Source of the DNA: Candidatus Woesearchaeota archaeon
Lineage (GTDB): Archaea; Nanobdellota; Nanobdellia; Woesearchaeales; GW2011-AR4
Direction: 5' to 3'
DNA: 64,000 bases
Assembly (NCBI GenBank): GCA_016192985.1
Contig: JACPTC010000017.1
Span: 65,766 to 129,765, forward strand
Position numbers and translations under genes: made by a program
Part shown: piece after piece, positions 31,871 to 42,221 of the stretch
Numbering within the stretch: the first letter of the stretch is position 1
Layout: each line of letters opens with the position of its first letter
Notes under the pieces: generated by a model
What the model was told of the DNA's origin: nothing
What the model saw: only the letters and a program-made list of their open reading frames with translations
Database searches by the model: none

Positions 31871-32629
31871 ATGTCGCTATCCGTTGTTATGCCAGTCTAT
31901 AATGAACAGGAGATTATAGGTGAAGTTGTAAGGTCCGTTTACGCAAAAATAATAAACAAAATTCCTGACAGCGAATTCATAATAGTGAATGACTGCAGCA
32001 CAGACAATACCCTAAAAGTACTGAAAAAATTAAGCAAGGAGTTTAAAAAAATCAGGATAATAACTCCCGAAAAAAACGGTGGGCATGGCAAAGCCATACG
32101 CTTGGGCTTTCTAAATGCAAGGAAAGACTGGATATTTCATATTGATAGCGATAATGAATACGACCCTGCTGAATATTGGAAGCTTGACAAACTTAGGGAA
32201 AAATATGACATCATCCTGGGCCATAGGAAGAGTAGAAACGACCCACTGCACAGGCTTGTATTGACTAGAGTAGCGAGACTTATAAATTTCCTTCTTTTTG
32301 GCTCTTTAATCAAGGATACAAACAGCGCTTTTAAGCTGATTAACAGGAAAGCTGCGCAGCATATCATTAGCGTTCTTCCCGAAGATGCCTTTGCATATTC
32401 CATCCTAATGAGCATGATGGGTAGGAATTTGGGCTATAACATTATGGAGATTCCTGTTACCCATTTTGGCAGAAAGTCAGGAAAAAGACACTACCTTGGA
32501 TTGAAACTGGCAAAAGGCGTTATTAGGGGTGGCACAGACATGCTTTCATTGCGGCTCACAGCTTGGAAACTTCCAAACTCTGAATACAAGAAAGCAGAAG
32601 GAATAAAAAACAGTTATGGGCGTATTTAA
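31871..32629 (+). CDS. GT2 glycosyltransferase
   Basis: VMPVYNE, VNDCSTD, IDSD. Confidence 0.9.
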   Translation: MSLSVVMPVYNEQEIIGEVVRSVYAKIINKIPDSEFIIVNDCSTDNTLKVLKKLSKEFKKIRIITPEKNGGHGKAIRLGFLNARKDWIFHIDSDNEYDPAEYWKLDKLREKYDIILGHRKSRNDPLHRLVLTRVARLINFLLFGSLIKDTNSAFKLINRKAAQHIISVLPEDAFAYSILMSMMGRNLGYNIMEIPVTHFGRKSGKRHYLGLKLAKGVIRGGTDMLSLRLTAWKLPNSEYKKAEGIKNSYGRI

Positions 32630-32631
32630 CT

Positions 32632-33999
32632 CTATTGCACATAGCCAGAAGACATCACAGTTCCCCTGATCTCTTCTCCGGCGTCATTTTCCATGCCCCT
32701 TACCTCTGCAAATTTTACAATGTTCCTTTCTCCTATGACCCTAACAAGGTAATTCTTCCATTCAATAATCTGCTGAGGATTTTTGTGTAGGTATGCAGCG
32801 TCCTCCTCTTCCCTTTTGCCGATTGTGTGATAATATTCAAAAGTTGATTCCTTGTCTATGGGGAAGTCAAATCTTTCAGGATCATACCATATCTGGCATC
32901 CTGGCAATGGGACAAAAATATGCATTCCAAAGCTGTCTGCTGGAGCTTTTCTTATAAACTCGGCACTTTCCTCAACAGTCTCTCTTGTTTCTCCTGGCAG
33001 ACCAACAATCATCTGGGCCCTTACTTTGAGTCCCATCTCTTTTGCTAATTTTATGGCGTTCATATTTTCTTCAACAGTTGTCTGCTTTTCAATTATATCC
33101 AGTATCTTTTGGCTGCCAGTCTCAATTCCGTATGTGACCATTCTGCAACCAGACTGATACATAAGCCTAAACAGTTCTTTGTCGGTTCTGTCAGCTCTGG
33201 TCAGGCAATGCCAATCGTACAAAATGCCCTTGTCATGCAGTTCTTTCAACGATTTGCATAATTCAACTACCCTTTTGTCATCAACAATAAATGTGTCGTC
33301 AATAAAGTAGATCCTGTCAACTCCGTACCTTTTATGCACAAACTTTATCTCCTCAATTACCCTCTCAACAGTCTTGTACCTCATCCTTCTTTTGCTGACA
33401 GAGGCTTGAGCGCAGAATGTGCAGTCAAACGGGCAGCCTCTCGCAGTCATTAATTTTGCCTCTTTGTTGTTGGGCGTGGAGCCTATCACAAGGTTTGTGC
33501 CCATCTTGACATAATCATACATGTCAACCATGTCAAAGGCAGGCATAGGAATCTTATTTATATCTTCGACCAGGGGGCAAGTGATTATCCTTTCCCTTCT
33601 CCCTTTTACTATGTCAAGCATAGCCTGCTCTCCTTCCCCCTTGATTGCAATATCGGCTTTTGTATCCCTCAAAGTCCTCTCCGGCTCAACAGTCGGATGA
33701 AAGCCGCCTACTACCACAACAGCATCTGGCTGCCTTTTCTTTATCTTTTCAATTATTTTTATGACGATAGAATAATGCGGGGTCGCGCATGTTATGCCGT
33801 AAATATCCCCATCAGGAATAAACCAATATTTTTCAGGAAAACCTGCTAAATCACAAAAAGTCACATCAATATTATTTACTCTCAAATAAGACGCTATGTC
33901 CAAAAGCCCTAAAGGCGGTTGCTCCCTGTCTGAAAGAAGCCATGGGCTAGGGGGATTTATCAAAACAACTTTTGGCGAAACTGGCAATTCCATGCGCAC
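32632..33999 (-). CDS. B12-binding radical SAM protein
   Basis: PPLGLL.IAS, GGFHPT, RGCPFDCTFC (CxxxCxxC), GIETGS. Confidence 0.92.
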   Translation of the reverse strand: MRMELPVSPKVVLINPPSPWLLSDREQPPLGLLDIASYLRVNNIDVTFCDLAGFPEKYWFIPDGDIYGITCATPHYSIVIKIIEKIKKRQPDAVVVVGGFHPTVEPERTLRDTKADIAIKGEGEQAMLDIVKGRRERIITCPLVEDINKIPMPAFDMVDMYDYVKMGTNLVIGSTPNNKEAKLMTARGCPFDCTFCAQASVSKRRMRYKTVERVIEEIKFVHKRYGVDRIYFIDDTFIVDDKRVVELCKSLKELHDKGILYDWHCLTRADRTDKELFRLMYQSGCRMVTYGIETGSQKILDIIEKQTTVEENMNAIKLAKEMGLKVRAQMIVGLPGETRETVEESAEFIRKAPADSFGMHIFVPLPGCQIWYDPERFDFPIDKESTFEYYHTIGKREEEDAAYLHKNPQQIIEWKNYLVRVIGERNIVKFAEVRGMENDAGEEIRGTVMSSGYVQ

Positions 34000-34041
34000 A
34001 TAAGTTAAAGTTGCGATATTTAAACTTTTCTGAATTTTGGC

Positions 34042-34227
34042 TCATACTCTCTTTTTTATGCCTTCGAAAATTTCCATAAATTTCCTTCTGTAGAGCCTTT
34101 TAAAAACAGGATTAGGTTCGCCATAGGCTACCCACTCCAAGAATTTTTTCTTCTTTTCCTCATAATCTTTTATTTTTTCTTCATGTTCTGCAATTTTTTT
34201 CCTAAGCTCTTCAATTTCGTCACTCAT
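34042..34227 (-). CDS. Small hypothetical protein
   Basis: ORF fills the gap between co-oriented genes; charged N-terminal coil. Confidence 0.5.
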   Translation of the reverse strand: MSDEIEELRKKIAEHEEKIKDYEEKKKKFLEWVAYGEPNPVFKRLYRRKFMEIFEGIKKRV

Positions 34228-34287
34228 TTTCACTAACTTTCATTAAATCTTATTTTAAAAATAATACCTTATATTAATAACTATTGG

Positions 34288-36231
34288 CTAGCTGTAAAGC
34301 TGAAAAATGTTTTTTGGCTTTTCTATATTTTCATTTTCAATGTATATTCTGTGCCATATATCAAAAGATATAATTCCCCATAACTGCCTCCCATAATAAA
34401 GGCTTGATTTTTCATAATTTCTTATTATCTTCCTGATTGCATCTTGGTTGAAGTACCTGCCTTTGCATATGCTCGATTTTGACAATATTGCCTCTGCTGC
34501 TTCTTTCAGGCTTTGCCTAAACCAGACATCCATTGGGACTACAAATGGGTGCTTTTTCCTTTTTAGTATTTCTTTTGGCATCAAACCTGACACAGCTTTT
34601 TTCAGTATATATTTCTGCTCGAGACCGTTCAACTTCAGTCTTGTAGGTATTTGGAATGAGAACTCAGCAAGGTTATGGTTGAGGAATGGCACCCTTGCCT
34701 CAATAGAATGCGCCATTGTCATCTTGTCCATTTTGTGAAGCAAGTGATACGGCAACCTTCTTTTTATGTCAAGGTATATAAGCTTATTAAGGATATTCTT
34801 CTTAGTGCACCCATAAAAATATGGACTTATCTGCTGCGAGTAATCATTGCTCTCCTGCTCAAATGTGTACAGTTCTTTAGAGTAAATCTCTTTTTTCTCG
34901 TCATCGCTGAAGAATGATGTTAGAGTCATGTAACTTTCCTCTTTGTTTTTAAGGTTGTCTACAAAATGATACAGCCTTTCTTTTCCTTTTTCGCCCAGCG
35001 AAGAGGCAAAAGTAAAAAAATTATTAAGAAATTCATTTGGTAACATTTTAATGCACTTGACAGCGCTCTTTAACAAAAATCTCGGTGCTAAATTTTTGTA
35101 CCTTTCCGCCAAAGTCATGAATTTAAATTCGTCATAGCCTCCAAAAAGCTCGTCAGCCCCTTCACCAGTAAGCACAACTGTCACCTCTTTTTTTGTGAAC
35201 TCCGAAAGCAGGTATTGTGCAAGTATTGTTGGGTCATTGTCAAGGTCATCAAGATGCCATATGGCAGATGGCAGATATTTAATGGAATCGGACTTTACAA
35301 TCAGCTCGTGATGGTCAGTACCATAATGCTCTGCCATCAGCCTAGAGTATCTTGACTCATTGAAAGGCTCTTCAGCTTCAAACGCCACGCTGAAGGTTTT
35401 TATATCAGAATCTGTAAATGTTTTCATAAATGCGGTTACAATGCTTGAATCAAGGCCTCCTGAAAGATAAATTCCAAGAGGAACATCGCTTATCATCTGC
35501 ATCCTCACAGACTCCTTGAGAATCTCAACAATCTTTTCTGAATAATATCTTTCAGGTTTGTTTGTTTCTTTGTTTATATCCAAGTCCCAATATTTGCTGA
35601 TTTTAATCTGCTTGTTTTGGTATATCATCAAATGCCCCGGAGCTAATTTCATTATTCCATCAAACATGGTTTGCTCAGATGGAGTGTACCTAAAAGTCAA
35701 ATAATCTGCCAGGGCTTTCCGGTTCACGGCCCTTCTTACTTCATGGTATTTGAGTATAGCCTTAATCTCAGAAGCAAATAGAAGCTTACCCTCAAAATAA
35801 GTGTAATACAATGGCTTTATCCCGAGCCTGTCAACAACCAATAAAATCTTTTTTTTGCTTGAGTCCCAAAGAGCAAATCCAAACATGCCGTTTAAGCTTT
35901 TAACGCAATCATCCCCATATTCCTCATAGCTGTGGACAATAACCTCTGTATCTGCCTTTGTGTAAAACTTATGCCCTTTTTTTTCAAGTTCCTGCCTCAG
36001 CGCTTGAAAATTATAAATTTCTCCATTGAAAACAACACAAACAGATTTGTCTTCGTTGAAAATAGGCTGCTTTCCTGTTGATAAGTCTATTATGCTTAAC
36101 CTTCTCGCGCCAAGACTTACTTTCCTATCAATATAGTACCCTTCCTCATCAGGCCCCCTGTGATAAATGGCCCCATTCATCCGCTTGAGAAGTCCTCTAT
36201 CGTCCCAGTTAAATCCGCAAATGCCGCACAT
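34288..36231 (-). CDS. asnB: Asparagine synthase (glutamine-hydrolysing) family amidotransferase
   Basis: MCGICG, HRGPD, FNGEIYN, LSGGLDSS, GEGADELFGGY. Confidence 0.92.
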   Translation of the reverse strand: MCGICGFNWDDRGLLKRMNGAIYHRGPDEEGYYIDRKVSLGARRLSIIDLSTGKQPIFNEDKSVCVVFNGEIYNFQALRQELEKKGHKFYTKADTEVIVHSYEEYGDDCVKSLNGMFGFALWDSSKKKILLVVDRLGIKPLYYTYFEGKLLFASEIKAILKYHEVRRAVNRKALADYLTFRYTPSEQTMFDGIMKLAPGHLMIYQNKQIKISKYWDLDINKETNKPERYYSEKIVEILKESVRMQMISDVPLGIYLSGGLDSSIVTAFMKTFTDSDIKTFSVAFEAEEPFNESRYSRLMAEHYGTDHHELIVKSDSIKYLPSAIWHLDDLDNDPTILAQYLLSEFTKKEVTVVLTGEGADELFGGYDEFKFMTLAERYKNLAPRFLLKSAVKCIKMLPNEFLNNFFTFASSLGEKGKERLYHFVDNLKNKEESYMTLTSFFSDDEKKEIYSKELYTFEQESNDYSQQISPYFYGCTKKNILNKLIYLDIKRRLPYHLLHKMDKMTMAHSIEARVPFLNHNLAEFSFQIPTRLKLNGLEQKYILKKAVSGLMPKEILKRKKHPFVVPMDVWFRQSLKEAAEAILSKSSICKGRYFNQDAIRKIIRNYEKSSLYYGRQLWGIISFDIWHRIYIENENIEKPKNIFQLYS

Positions 36232-36255
36232 TATGCCACTGCAAAAAATTGTTGT

Positions 36256-37572
36256 TTATAAATTATTTTCTTTTAGCAAGTCTTTCGCAGCATCAATTCC
36301 GGTCCTGATGACATTATTGACATTCCTGCTATTTGGGTATATCTTAAAGCTTCCGGCAAAATACAAGTTTCTAGCATTTTCTATTTTTTTCATATTTTCT
36401 TCATAGCCTTGTAAAAATATTGGAGTTGCGTATCTCTCTTTAGACAGTTTGAACCACAAAATATCCTTTCTATTCATATGCGGGAACATTTTTTGCAAGC
36501 CTGACAAATAAGCCTTCTTTATTGAACTTTCATTTACTTTCCAGAATTCATGCTCTGGAGACACATAGTTAAAGATGTAAACAATATGGAAATTCTTGTA
36601 ATTTCTGCTTGGAATGAAATTTGTATGTTCTATAACACCATGAAATGGCAGATCTGCAGATGATACATTAATCCAGTAATAGTCGCTCAATCTTCTCTTC
36701 AGCCCTATTGTGGCGCATATAACTGCCTGATATTTTATTTTTTTAATGCAATGCATTAATTTTCCTGGAAAATTTTTGGCTATTCTGCTGAATATTTCTA
36801 ATGGCAAGGTATTAATAACATAATCAGCTTCAATAATCTTGATTTTGTTGCTTTTGCTTATCTTTATTATGTACCTGTCTTTGCTGTATCTGATTTCCAC
36901 TATATCTGAATTGTAAATTATCTCTGATTTTGCCCTTATTCTATTATACAATGCTTTTATCAGCGAATTATAACCTCCTTCCATATAGCCAAGCTTTTCT
37001 GAAACAAGACTTTTGCTCCTTGATTTTGCCCTTGCATGCAGCCTCCCATAAACAAACGCAGCAGACGCATTGTCTATTGACATAGCAAATTTTATTTTTA
37101 GCATTGGCCTGAAAATCTTTTCATATGCGTCACGCCCAAATACCCCAATCAGCCATTTTTCAGCGCTGACCTTGTCAAGATTCCCATAATCCCTGTTTTT
37201 TGCTATTTTCAGCATACTGAGCCCGAATTTTATGCGGTCCATGAATGCCAAAGGCTTGAAACGCAAAATGTCTAATGGGCTTGTGAACCCGTACAGCTTA
37301 TTTTTATAATAAAATCCCATTTTTGTTTTTCTCCAGATAAACTTATCTTTAATTCCTAGCTCTTTTGCAAGCTGAAAAACCAGCTCATCTGTAGGGAAAA
37401 AATGGTGATAAAACCTTTCAATGTAGAAGCCGTCAATCTTGTAGCTGGAAGCAAGGCCTCCTATATTTTTGCCCTTTTCTATAATTGTTGTATTAAAGTT
37501 ATGCTTTGCCAACTCGTATGCTGCTCCAAGTGCAGATGCGCCTCCTCCAAGAACTACTATTTTTTCCGCCAT
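36256..37572 (-). CDS. FAD-dependent oxidoreductase (HemY/amine oxidase-like)
   Basis: VLGGGASAL, IGGLASS, ERFYHHFF. Confidence 0.82.
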   Translation of the reverse strand: MAEKIVVLGGGASALGAAYELAKHNFNTTIIEKGKNIGGLASSYKIDGFYIERFYHHFFPTDELVFQLAKELGIKDKFIWRKTKMGFYYKNKLYGFTSPLDILRFKPLAFMDRIKFGLSMLKIAKNRDYGNLDKVSAEKWLIGVFGRDAYEKIFRPMLKIKFAMSIDNASAAFVYGRLHARAKSRSKSLVSEKLGYMEGGYNSLIKALYNRIRAKSEIIYNSDIVEIRYSKDRYIIKISKSNKIKIIEADYVINTLPLEIFSRIAKNFPGKLMHCIKKIKYQAVICATIGLKRRLSDYYWINVSSADLPFHGVIEHTNFIPSRNYKNFHIVYIFNYVSPEHEFWKVNESSIKKAYLSGLQKMFPHMNRKDILWFKLSKERYATPIFLQGYEENMKKIENARNLYFAGSFKIYPNSRNVNNVIRTGIDAAKDLLKENNL

Positions 37573-37576
37573 AACT

Positions 37577-38563
37577 TCATTGTAGTATCTCTCTTATTAT
37601 ATAACCCTTAGTTTGGCTCCTTGAATAATAGATTCTAATAGTCAGCTCTGCTAAAAATCCAAAAATAACAAAAAGAATCCCTATGATAATCAGAAATCCT
37701 GAAAAAAGAAGAAGAGGCCCAAACTGGACAAACTGGCCGGTATTCAAATATTTTCTGTACAAATCCCAAACCTTAACAACGCCAATCAATACCCCCAGAA
37801 TTATCTGGAAAAGTCCCAATAAACCGAAAAAATGCAATGGCCTTGAGCCGTACTTCATCAGGAAACGTATGTATAGGAGGTCTAAAAAGCCTTTTAGCAG
37901 CCTGTCAATTCCGTACTTGCTTTTTCCATACTCTCTTTTGTTGTGCTTTACCTTTATCTCTCCGATTTTAAATCCCCTTATGGCGATTAATGCAGGTATA
38001 TAGCGATGCATTTCTCCATATAACTCCAAATCATTAACTGACTCTTTTTTATAAGCTTTCAAGCTGCAGCCGCTGTCATGTATGTCTAAACCCGTCAGTT
38101 TTCTGTGCAACCAGTTTGATATTCTTGAAGGCACTGTTTTTGATAACGGATCTTGCCGCTTATCCCTCCAACCAGAAACAACGTCATAGCCTTCGTCCAT
38201 TTTAGCCAGTAATCTTGGAATGTCCTCTGGGTCATTTTGTAAGTCAGCATCTATCACAATGAGCACATTTCCCTTTGCATTAGAAAAGCCGGCATTTATT
38301 GCAGCACTCTGCCCAAAATTTTTTCTTAGAACTATTATCCTGATGCTTTTGTCTTTTCTCTGCAAAGCCTTTAGCCTTTCAAGGCTTCTGTCAGTGCTGC
38401 CGTCATCCACGAATACAATTTCACAGGACATTTTTAATTTGGACATGGCATGTTTGATTTTTTTGTGTAAAGAAAGTATGCTGTCCTGTTCGTTATATAA
38501 CGGTATTATTATTGACAAATCTAACCCATTTTTCATATACTCAAGTTTTCTTAATATGTTCAT
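37577..38563 (-). CDS. GT2 glycosyltransferase, ArnC/GtrB-like with two C-terminal TMs
   Basis: NFGQSAA, DADLQNDP, GEMHRYIP. Confidence 0.9.
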   Translation of the reverse strand: MNILRKLEYMKNGLDLSIIIPLYNEQDSILSLHKKIKHAMSKLKMSCEIVFVDDGSTDRSLERLKALQRKDKSIRIIVLRKNFGQSAAINAGFSNAKGNVLIVIDADLQNDPEDIPRLLAKMDEGYDVVSGWRDKRQDPLSKTVPSRISNWLHRKLTGLDIHDSGCSLKAYKKESVNDLELYGEMHRYIPALIAIRGFKIGEIKVKHNKREYGKSKYGIDRLLKGFLDLLYIRFLMKYGSRPLHFFGLLGLFQIILGVLIGVVKVWDLYRKYLNTGQFVQFGPLLLFSGFLIIIGILFVIFGFLAELTIRIYYSRSQTKGYIIREILQ

Positions 38564-38576
38564 AAATCTTTTGGTG

Positions 38577-39527
38577 CTACTTCCTGGCTGTGTACCATTC
38601 GACCATTTTCCTTATTCCTGCGTCAAGGCTTATTTTTGGATTATAGCCAAGGATTCTCCGCGCTTTTGAAATATCAGCGTAGGTTATAGGGACATCCCCT
38701 TTTTGCACCCCTAATCGCTTGACTTTTGCTTTCTTTCCTGTGTGCTTTTCCAAAATCCTTATAAAAGCTTTCAAGTCAACCGGATTAGAATTTCCTATGT
38801 TGATTATCTCAAAACCCAAATTTTTTTCCATAGAAGATAATATCCCATCAATAACATCACTCACATAAGTGTAGTCTCTTTTCGAAGTTCCATCGCCGTA
38901 GACTGGCAAGTCTTTGCCTTCAAGAATCAACTTCATAAACTTGAAAGGGGCCATATCGGGCCTTCCACGCGGACCGTAAACAGTAAAAAGCCTCAAGCAA
39001 ACTATTGGAATCTTATAAAGGTTGTAGTAAGTTCTGCACATCAGCTCAGCGCTTAATTTTGTGGCAGCATAAGGTGAAACAGGATTTGTGGCACTCATAT
39101 TCTCGGAAAACGGGACTTTTCCAAGCCCATAAACCGAGGAAGAAGATGTAAAAACAAATTTTTTTATTTTGTATCTTCTTGCCATCTCAAGGAGATTTAG
39201 GGTGCCTTCAACATTTGTTTTAACATAAGAAAACGGATCCTCTATCGATGGCCTTACTCCAGCCCTTGCTGCCAAATGCAAGATTGCCTGTATGCTGTTT
39301 TCTTTGAATATCGGAAGCAAGGATTTCAAATCTGCAACATCGCTTTTATACAACCTAAAATTTTTGTTTTTGAGAAGTGCTTTTGTGTTTTCCTCTTTTA
39401 TTTTTGGATCATAATACTCATCAAAGTTATCAATGGATACTACATTAACGCCTCTCTTCAAAAGAGACCAACAAGCATGGCTGCCTATGAAACCAGCTCC
39501 ACCGGTTACCAAGACATTCTTGTACAT
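38577..39527 (-). CDS. UDP-glucuronate 4-epimerase-like NAD-dependent epimerase
   Basis: HLAARAGVRPS, PYAATK, FTVYGPRGRPDMA. Confidence 0.9.
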   Translation of the reverse strand: MYKNVLVTGGAGFIGSHACWSLLKRGVNVVSIDNFDEYYDPKIKEENTKALLKNKNFRLYKSDVADLKSLLPIFKENSIQAILHLAARAGVRPSIEDPFSYVKTNVEGTLNLLEMARRYKIKKFVFTSSSSVYGLGKVPFSENMSATNPVSPYAATKLSAELMCRTYYNLYKIPIVCLRLFTVYGPRGRPDMAPFKFMKLILEGKDLPVYGDGTSKRDYTYVSDVIDGILSSMEKNLGFEIINIGNSNPVDLKAFIRILEKHTGKKAKVKRLGVQKGDVPITYADISKARRILGYNPKISLDAGIRKMVEWYTARK

Positions 39528-39611
39528 AGGCTAAAGTATAAAACAGTTGTATATATACCTTATTATCATTAATTAGAAACACTTAAATACTAAGATATTT
39601 TCAGCAAACTA

Positions 39612-39821
39612 ATGCCAAAGGACATAAGCAAAGAAGAGCAGATTGGATTTCACAAAGGGGCATTGACAACCCTTGCAAAAGAAAGGGAAGAGATGCTCAA
39701 GATATTGTCCATAGTTGAGCAGCTTATGCAGATGCATGTTAAAAGCCTGAAAGATTTGGGTGTTGATCTTCAGAAAGAAGCCCAAAAAGGCAAGAAGCCA
39801 ATAGAAGATGCCTTGAAGTGA
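39612..39821 (+). CDS. Small hypothetical protein
   Basis: Clean ORF after a TATA-like element (cttaaata). Confidence 0.65.
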   Translation: MPKDISKEEQIGFHKGALTTLAKEREEMLKILSIVEQLMQMHVKSLKDLGVDLQKEAQKGKKPIEDALK

Positions 39822-39868
39822 TTTTTTAATTCTTTTGACAGCTACATTTTATTTTTCCCAATATAAAG

Positions 39869-40840
39869 ATGAAAATCAAAGAGCTTGGCGGGGAATTTGA
39901 ATTAATAAAAAAGATAAAGGACAAGACAAAGGCATCGTCAAAGGAAGTTGTTGTCGGGATTGGCGATGACGCAGCTGTTTTAAAGTACGATGAATTCACT
40001 TATCTCCTATTCACAACAGACATGCTTGTCGAAAACGACCATTTCTCCATGAGGCATTCAAAGCCTGAGCAGATTGGGATGAAGGCAGTCGAGCAGAATG
40101 TAAGCGACATTGCTGCAATGGGCGGCTTGCCAAAGCACGCTTTAATCTCATTGGCATTGCCGGATAGCATCGATGTCAGATTTGTGGATGGATTGTACAA
40201 TGGCATACATGAAAAATGCAGAAGATACAACATTAGCATTGTTGGAGGCAATATTTCACATTCAAAAGAGATTGTAGTCAATATTGCACTGATAGGTTTC
40301 GTGGAGAAAAAATATTTGGCATTGAGGAGCGGAGCTAAAATAGGAGATTTAATTTTTTGCAGCGGCGATGTTGGGAAATCAACAGCCGGCCTGGAATTGT
40401 TGAGAAATGGATTAAATGGCGAATCAACAAAAAAGCACCTTGAGCCGCAATGCAGGCTGGATTTGGCAAGAAAATTAGTTAAGGTTGGAATTAGCTCCAT
40501 GATTGATGTAAGTGATGGCGTTGCGCCTGAAGTCAAGCATATATGTGAGGAATCAAAAGTCGGCGCTGTTATTTATGCCGACAAAATTCCGATATCCAAT
40601 GACACGCTTACTGATTCAAAAAAACTAAATAAGAATGGCATTGACTTTGCGCTTTATGGGGGAGAGGATTTTGAGTTAGTGTTTACAGCAAATAAAAATA
40701 AATTAAATGAATTTAAAAAATATGATGTAAAAGTTATTGGAGACATTGTTGATAAAAAGTATGGAATTAAATTAATAAAAAATAACAGAAAACTTGATTT
40801 GAAAAGCGGGTTTGACCATTTCAAAAGATTGAGAGTTTAA
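39869..40840 (+). CDS. thiL: Thiamine-monophosphate kinase
   Basis: GIGDDAAV, NVSDIAAMGG, IDVSDG, GGEDFELVF. Confidence 0.93.
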   Translation: MKIKELGGEFELIKKIKDKTKASSKEVVVGIGDDAAVLKYDEFTYLLFTTDMLVENDHFSMRHSKPEQIGMKAVEQNVSDIAAMGGLPKHALISLALPDSIDVRFVDGLYNGIHEKCRRYNISIVGGNISHSKEIVVNIALIGFVEKKYLALRSGAKIGDLIFCSGDVGKSTAGLELLRNGLNGESTKKHLEPQCRLDLARKLVKVGISSMIDVSDGVAPEVKHICEESKVGAVIYADKIPISNDTLTDSKKLNKNGIDFALYGGEDFELVFTANKNKLNEFKKYDVKVIGDIVDKKYGIKLIKNNRKLDLKSGFDHFKRLRV

Positions 40841-41808
40841 ATATTAAAATTCCAAAATCCGTCTAGGCTTAATTTTAGACTCTTGATTCTAGACAGAAAC
40901 TCCCTCTCTACATTAGCTGCTGATATTGTTTTTTGCTCACTAAACTCTAAATTGGATTTTTCTTTGTTTATGCCTAGTAGAAATGCGGATACGCAATGCG
41001 GTAATGCCTGTACATTATACCCACCTTCTAAGCAAGCAAATATATTATTAAAGTTACTAGATAACAATTTACCCAGTTCATAGTAAGAATTAATTGTCAG
41101 ATTGAGTTGAAGCAAGGGGTCGTCCTTATGCCCATCGAATCCGGCAGACACAGCTACTACATCAGGTTGATATTTTTCTTTAACAATTGGGATTATTTGC
41201 GATAGAATGCCAACAAAAATATCATCAGAAGTATAAGGCGGGACTGGAATATTGATTGTGTAATATTTTCCTCTACCTGTGCCAACCTCGTTAACCCATC
41301 CCGTGCCAGGGTAAGCTGGGTATTGATGAATAGATAGATACAAAACTTTGTCAGTGTTATAGAAAATATCCTGGCTGCCATTACCATGGTGCGAATCCAC
41401 ATCCAGAAGCAGCACTTTCTTTCCCCTTTCATTAAGCCATTTGCACGCAATTGCAATGTTATTAAACAGACAAAACCCCATTGCCCTGTTTGCAGTAGCG
41501 TGATGCCCCGGCGGCCTTATTAAAGCAAAATCGTTCTGCTTTGCTGCCTTTATCGCAGCGCCTACAGCATAGCATGCAACCTCATAGCTTTTTTTGTTTG
41601 TGTAAGTGTCTGAATCGAGCCAAATTTCTTTTGAACTTGCATTTTTAATTTTTTCAATATAATCCTTATTATAAATCAATTTCAAGTATTTTTCCCCATT
41701 TTCAATTTCTGATTGTTCCAAATCTCCAAAAGCAAGAAATCTTTCAGGCCTTTCATGATGGTTGCTTGCCTTATGTTCAAGAAATATTTTTTTGTAGATG
41801 AGTTGCAT
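40837..41808 (-). CDS. Histone deacetylase-family protein
   Basis: RPPGHHA, GFCLFNN, DVDSHHGNG, SAGFDGH, LEGGY. Confidence 0.93.
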   Translation of the reverse strand: MQLIYKKIFLEHKASNHHERPERFLAFGDLEQSEIENGEKYLKLIYNKDYIEKIKNASSKEIWLDSDTYTNKKSYEVACYAVGAAIKAAKQNDFALIRPPGHHATANRAMGFCLFNNIAIACKWLNERGKKVLLLDVDSHHGNGSQDIFYNTDKVLYLSIHQYPAYPGTGWVNEVGTGRGKYYTINIPVPPYTSDDIFVGILSQIIPIVKEKYQPDVVAVSAGFDGHKDDPLLQLNLTINSYYELGKLLSSNFNNIFACLEGGYNVQALPHCVSAFLLGINKEKSNLEFSEQKTISAANVEREFLSRIKSLKLSLDGFWNFNI

Positions 41809-41809
41809 T

Positions 41810-42196
41810 TTATTTGATTAATTTTAGCCCAATTTTTTCCAGCACTTTAATTGCTTTACCTGTGCTCCTTTCCTTTACCAAAAAATGGTCTCTTGAATAT
41901 GAAGAAATAGGAAATATGCTAACATTGGCTTTTGCTAATGCACTAGAAATATTAGCTGTTACACCAACCACATTTAAAGGAAAAACAATATCTAAGGTAA
42001 AAATCTTCCAATTTTTATCAATATTAATCATATTTTTGTTGTTCTTAATCTTTGATTGCTCAATAATTGAGGTGATTTCATCTTTATCTTTAATGACAGC
42101 AAAAGCATCTGGCAAAACTTTCTTTGTTTTTGCAATTGCAAATTTTTCTTTCCAGACATAGAATTTGCCTTTTTTGAAATAATATTCCAACTTCAT
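41810..42196 (-). CDS. ACT-domain protein
   Basis: VVGVTANISSALAKANVSIFPISSYSRDHFLVK. Confidence 0.8.
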   Translation of the reverse strand: MKLEYYFKKGKFYVWKEKFAIAKTKKVLPDAFAVIKDKDEITSIIEQSKIKNNKNMINIDKNWKIFTLDIVFPLNVVGVTANISSALAKANVSIFPISSYSRDHFLVKERSTGKAIKVLEKIGLKLIK

Positions 42197-42221
42197 GTTT
42201 ATCTTTTCTATAAATTAAAAA

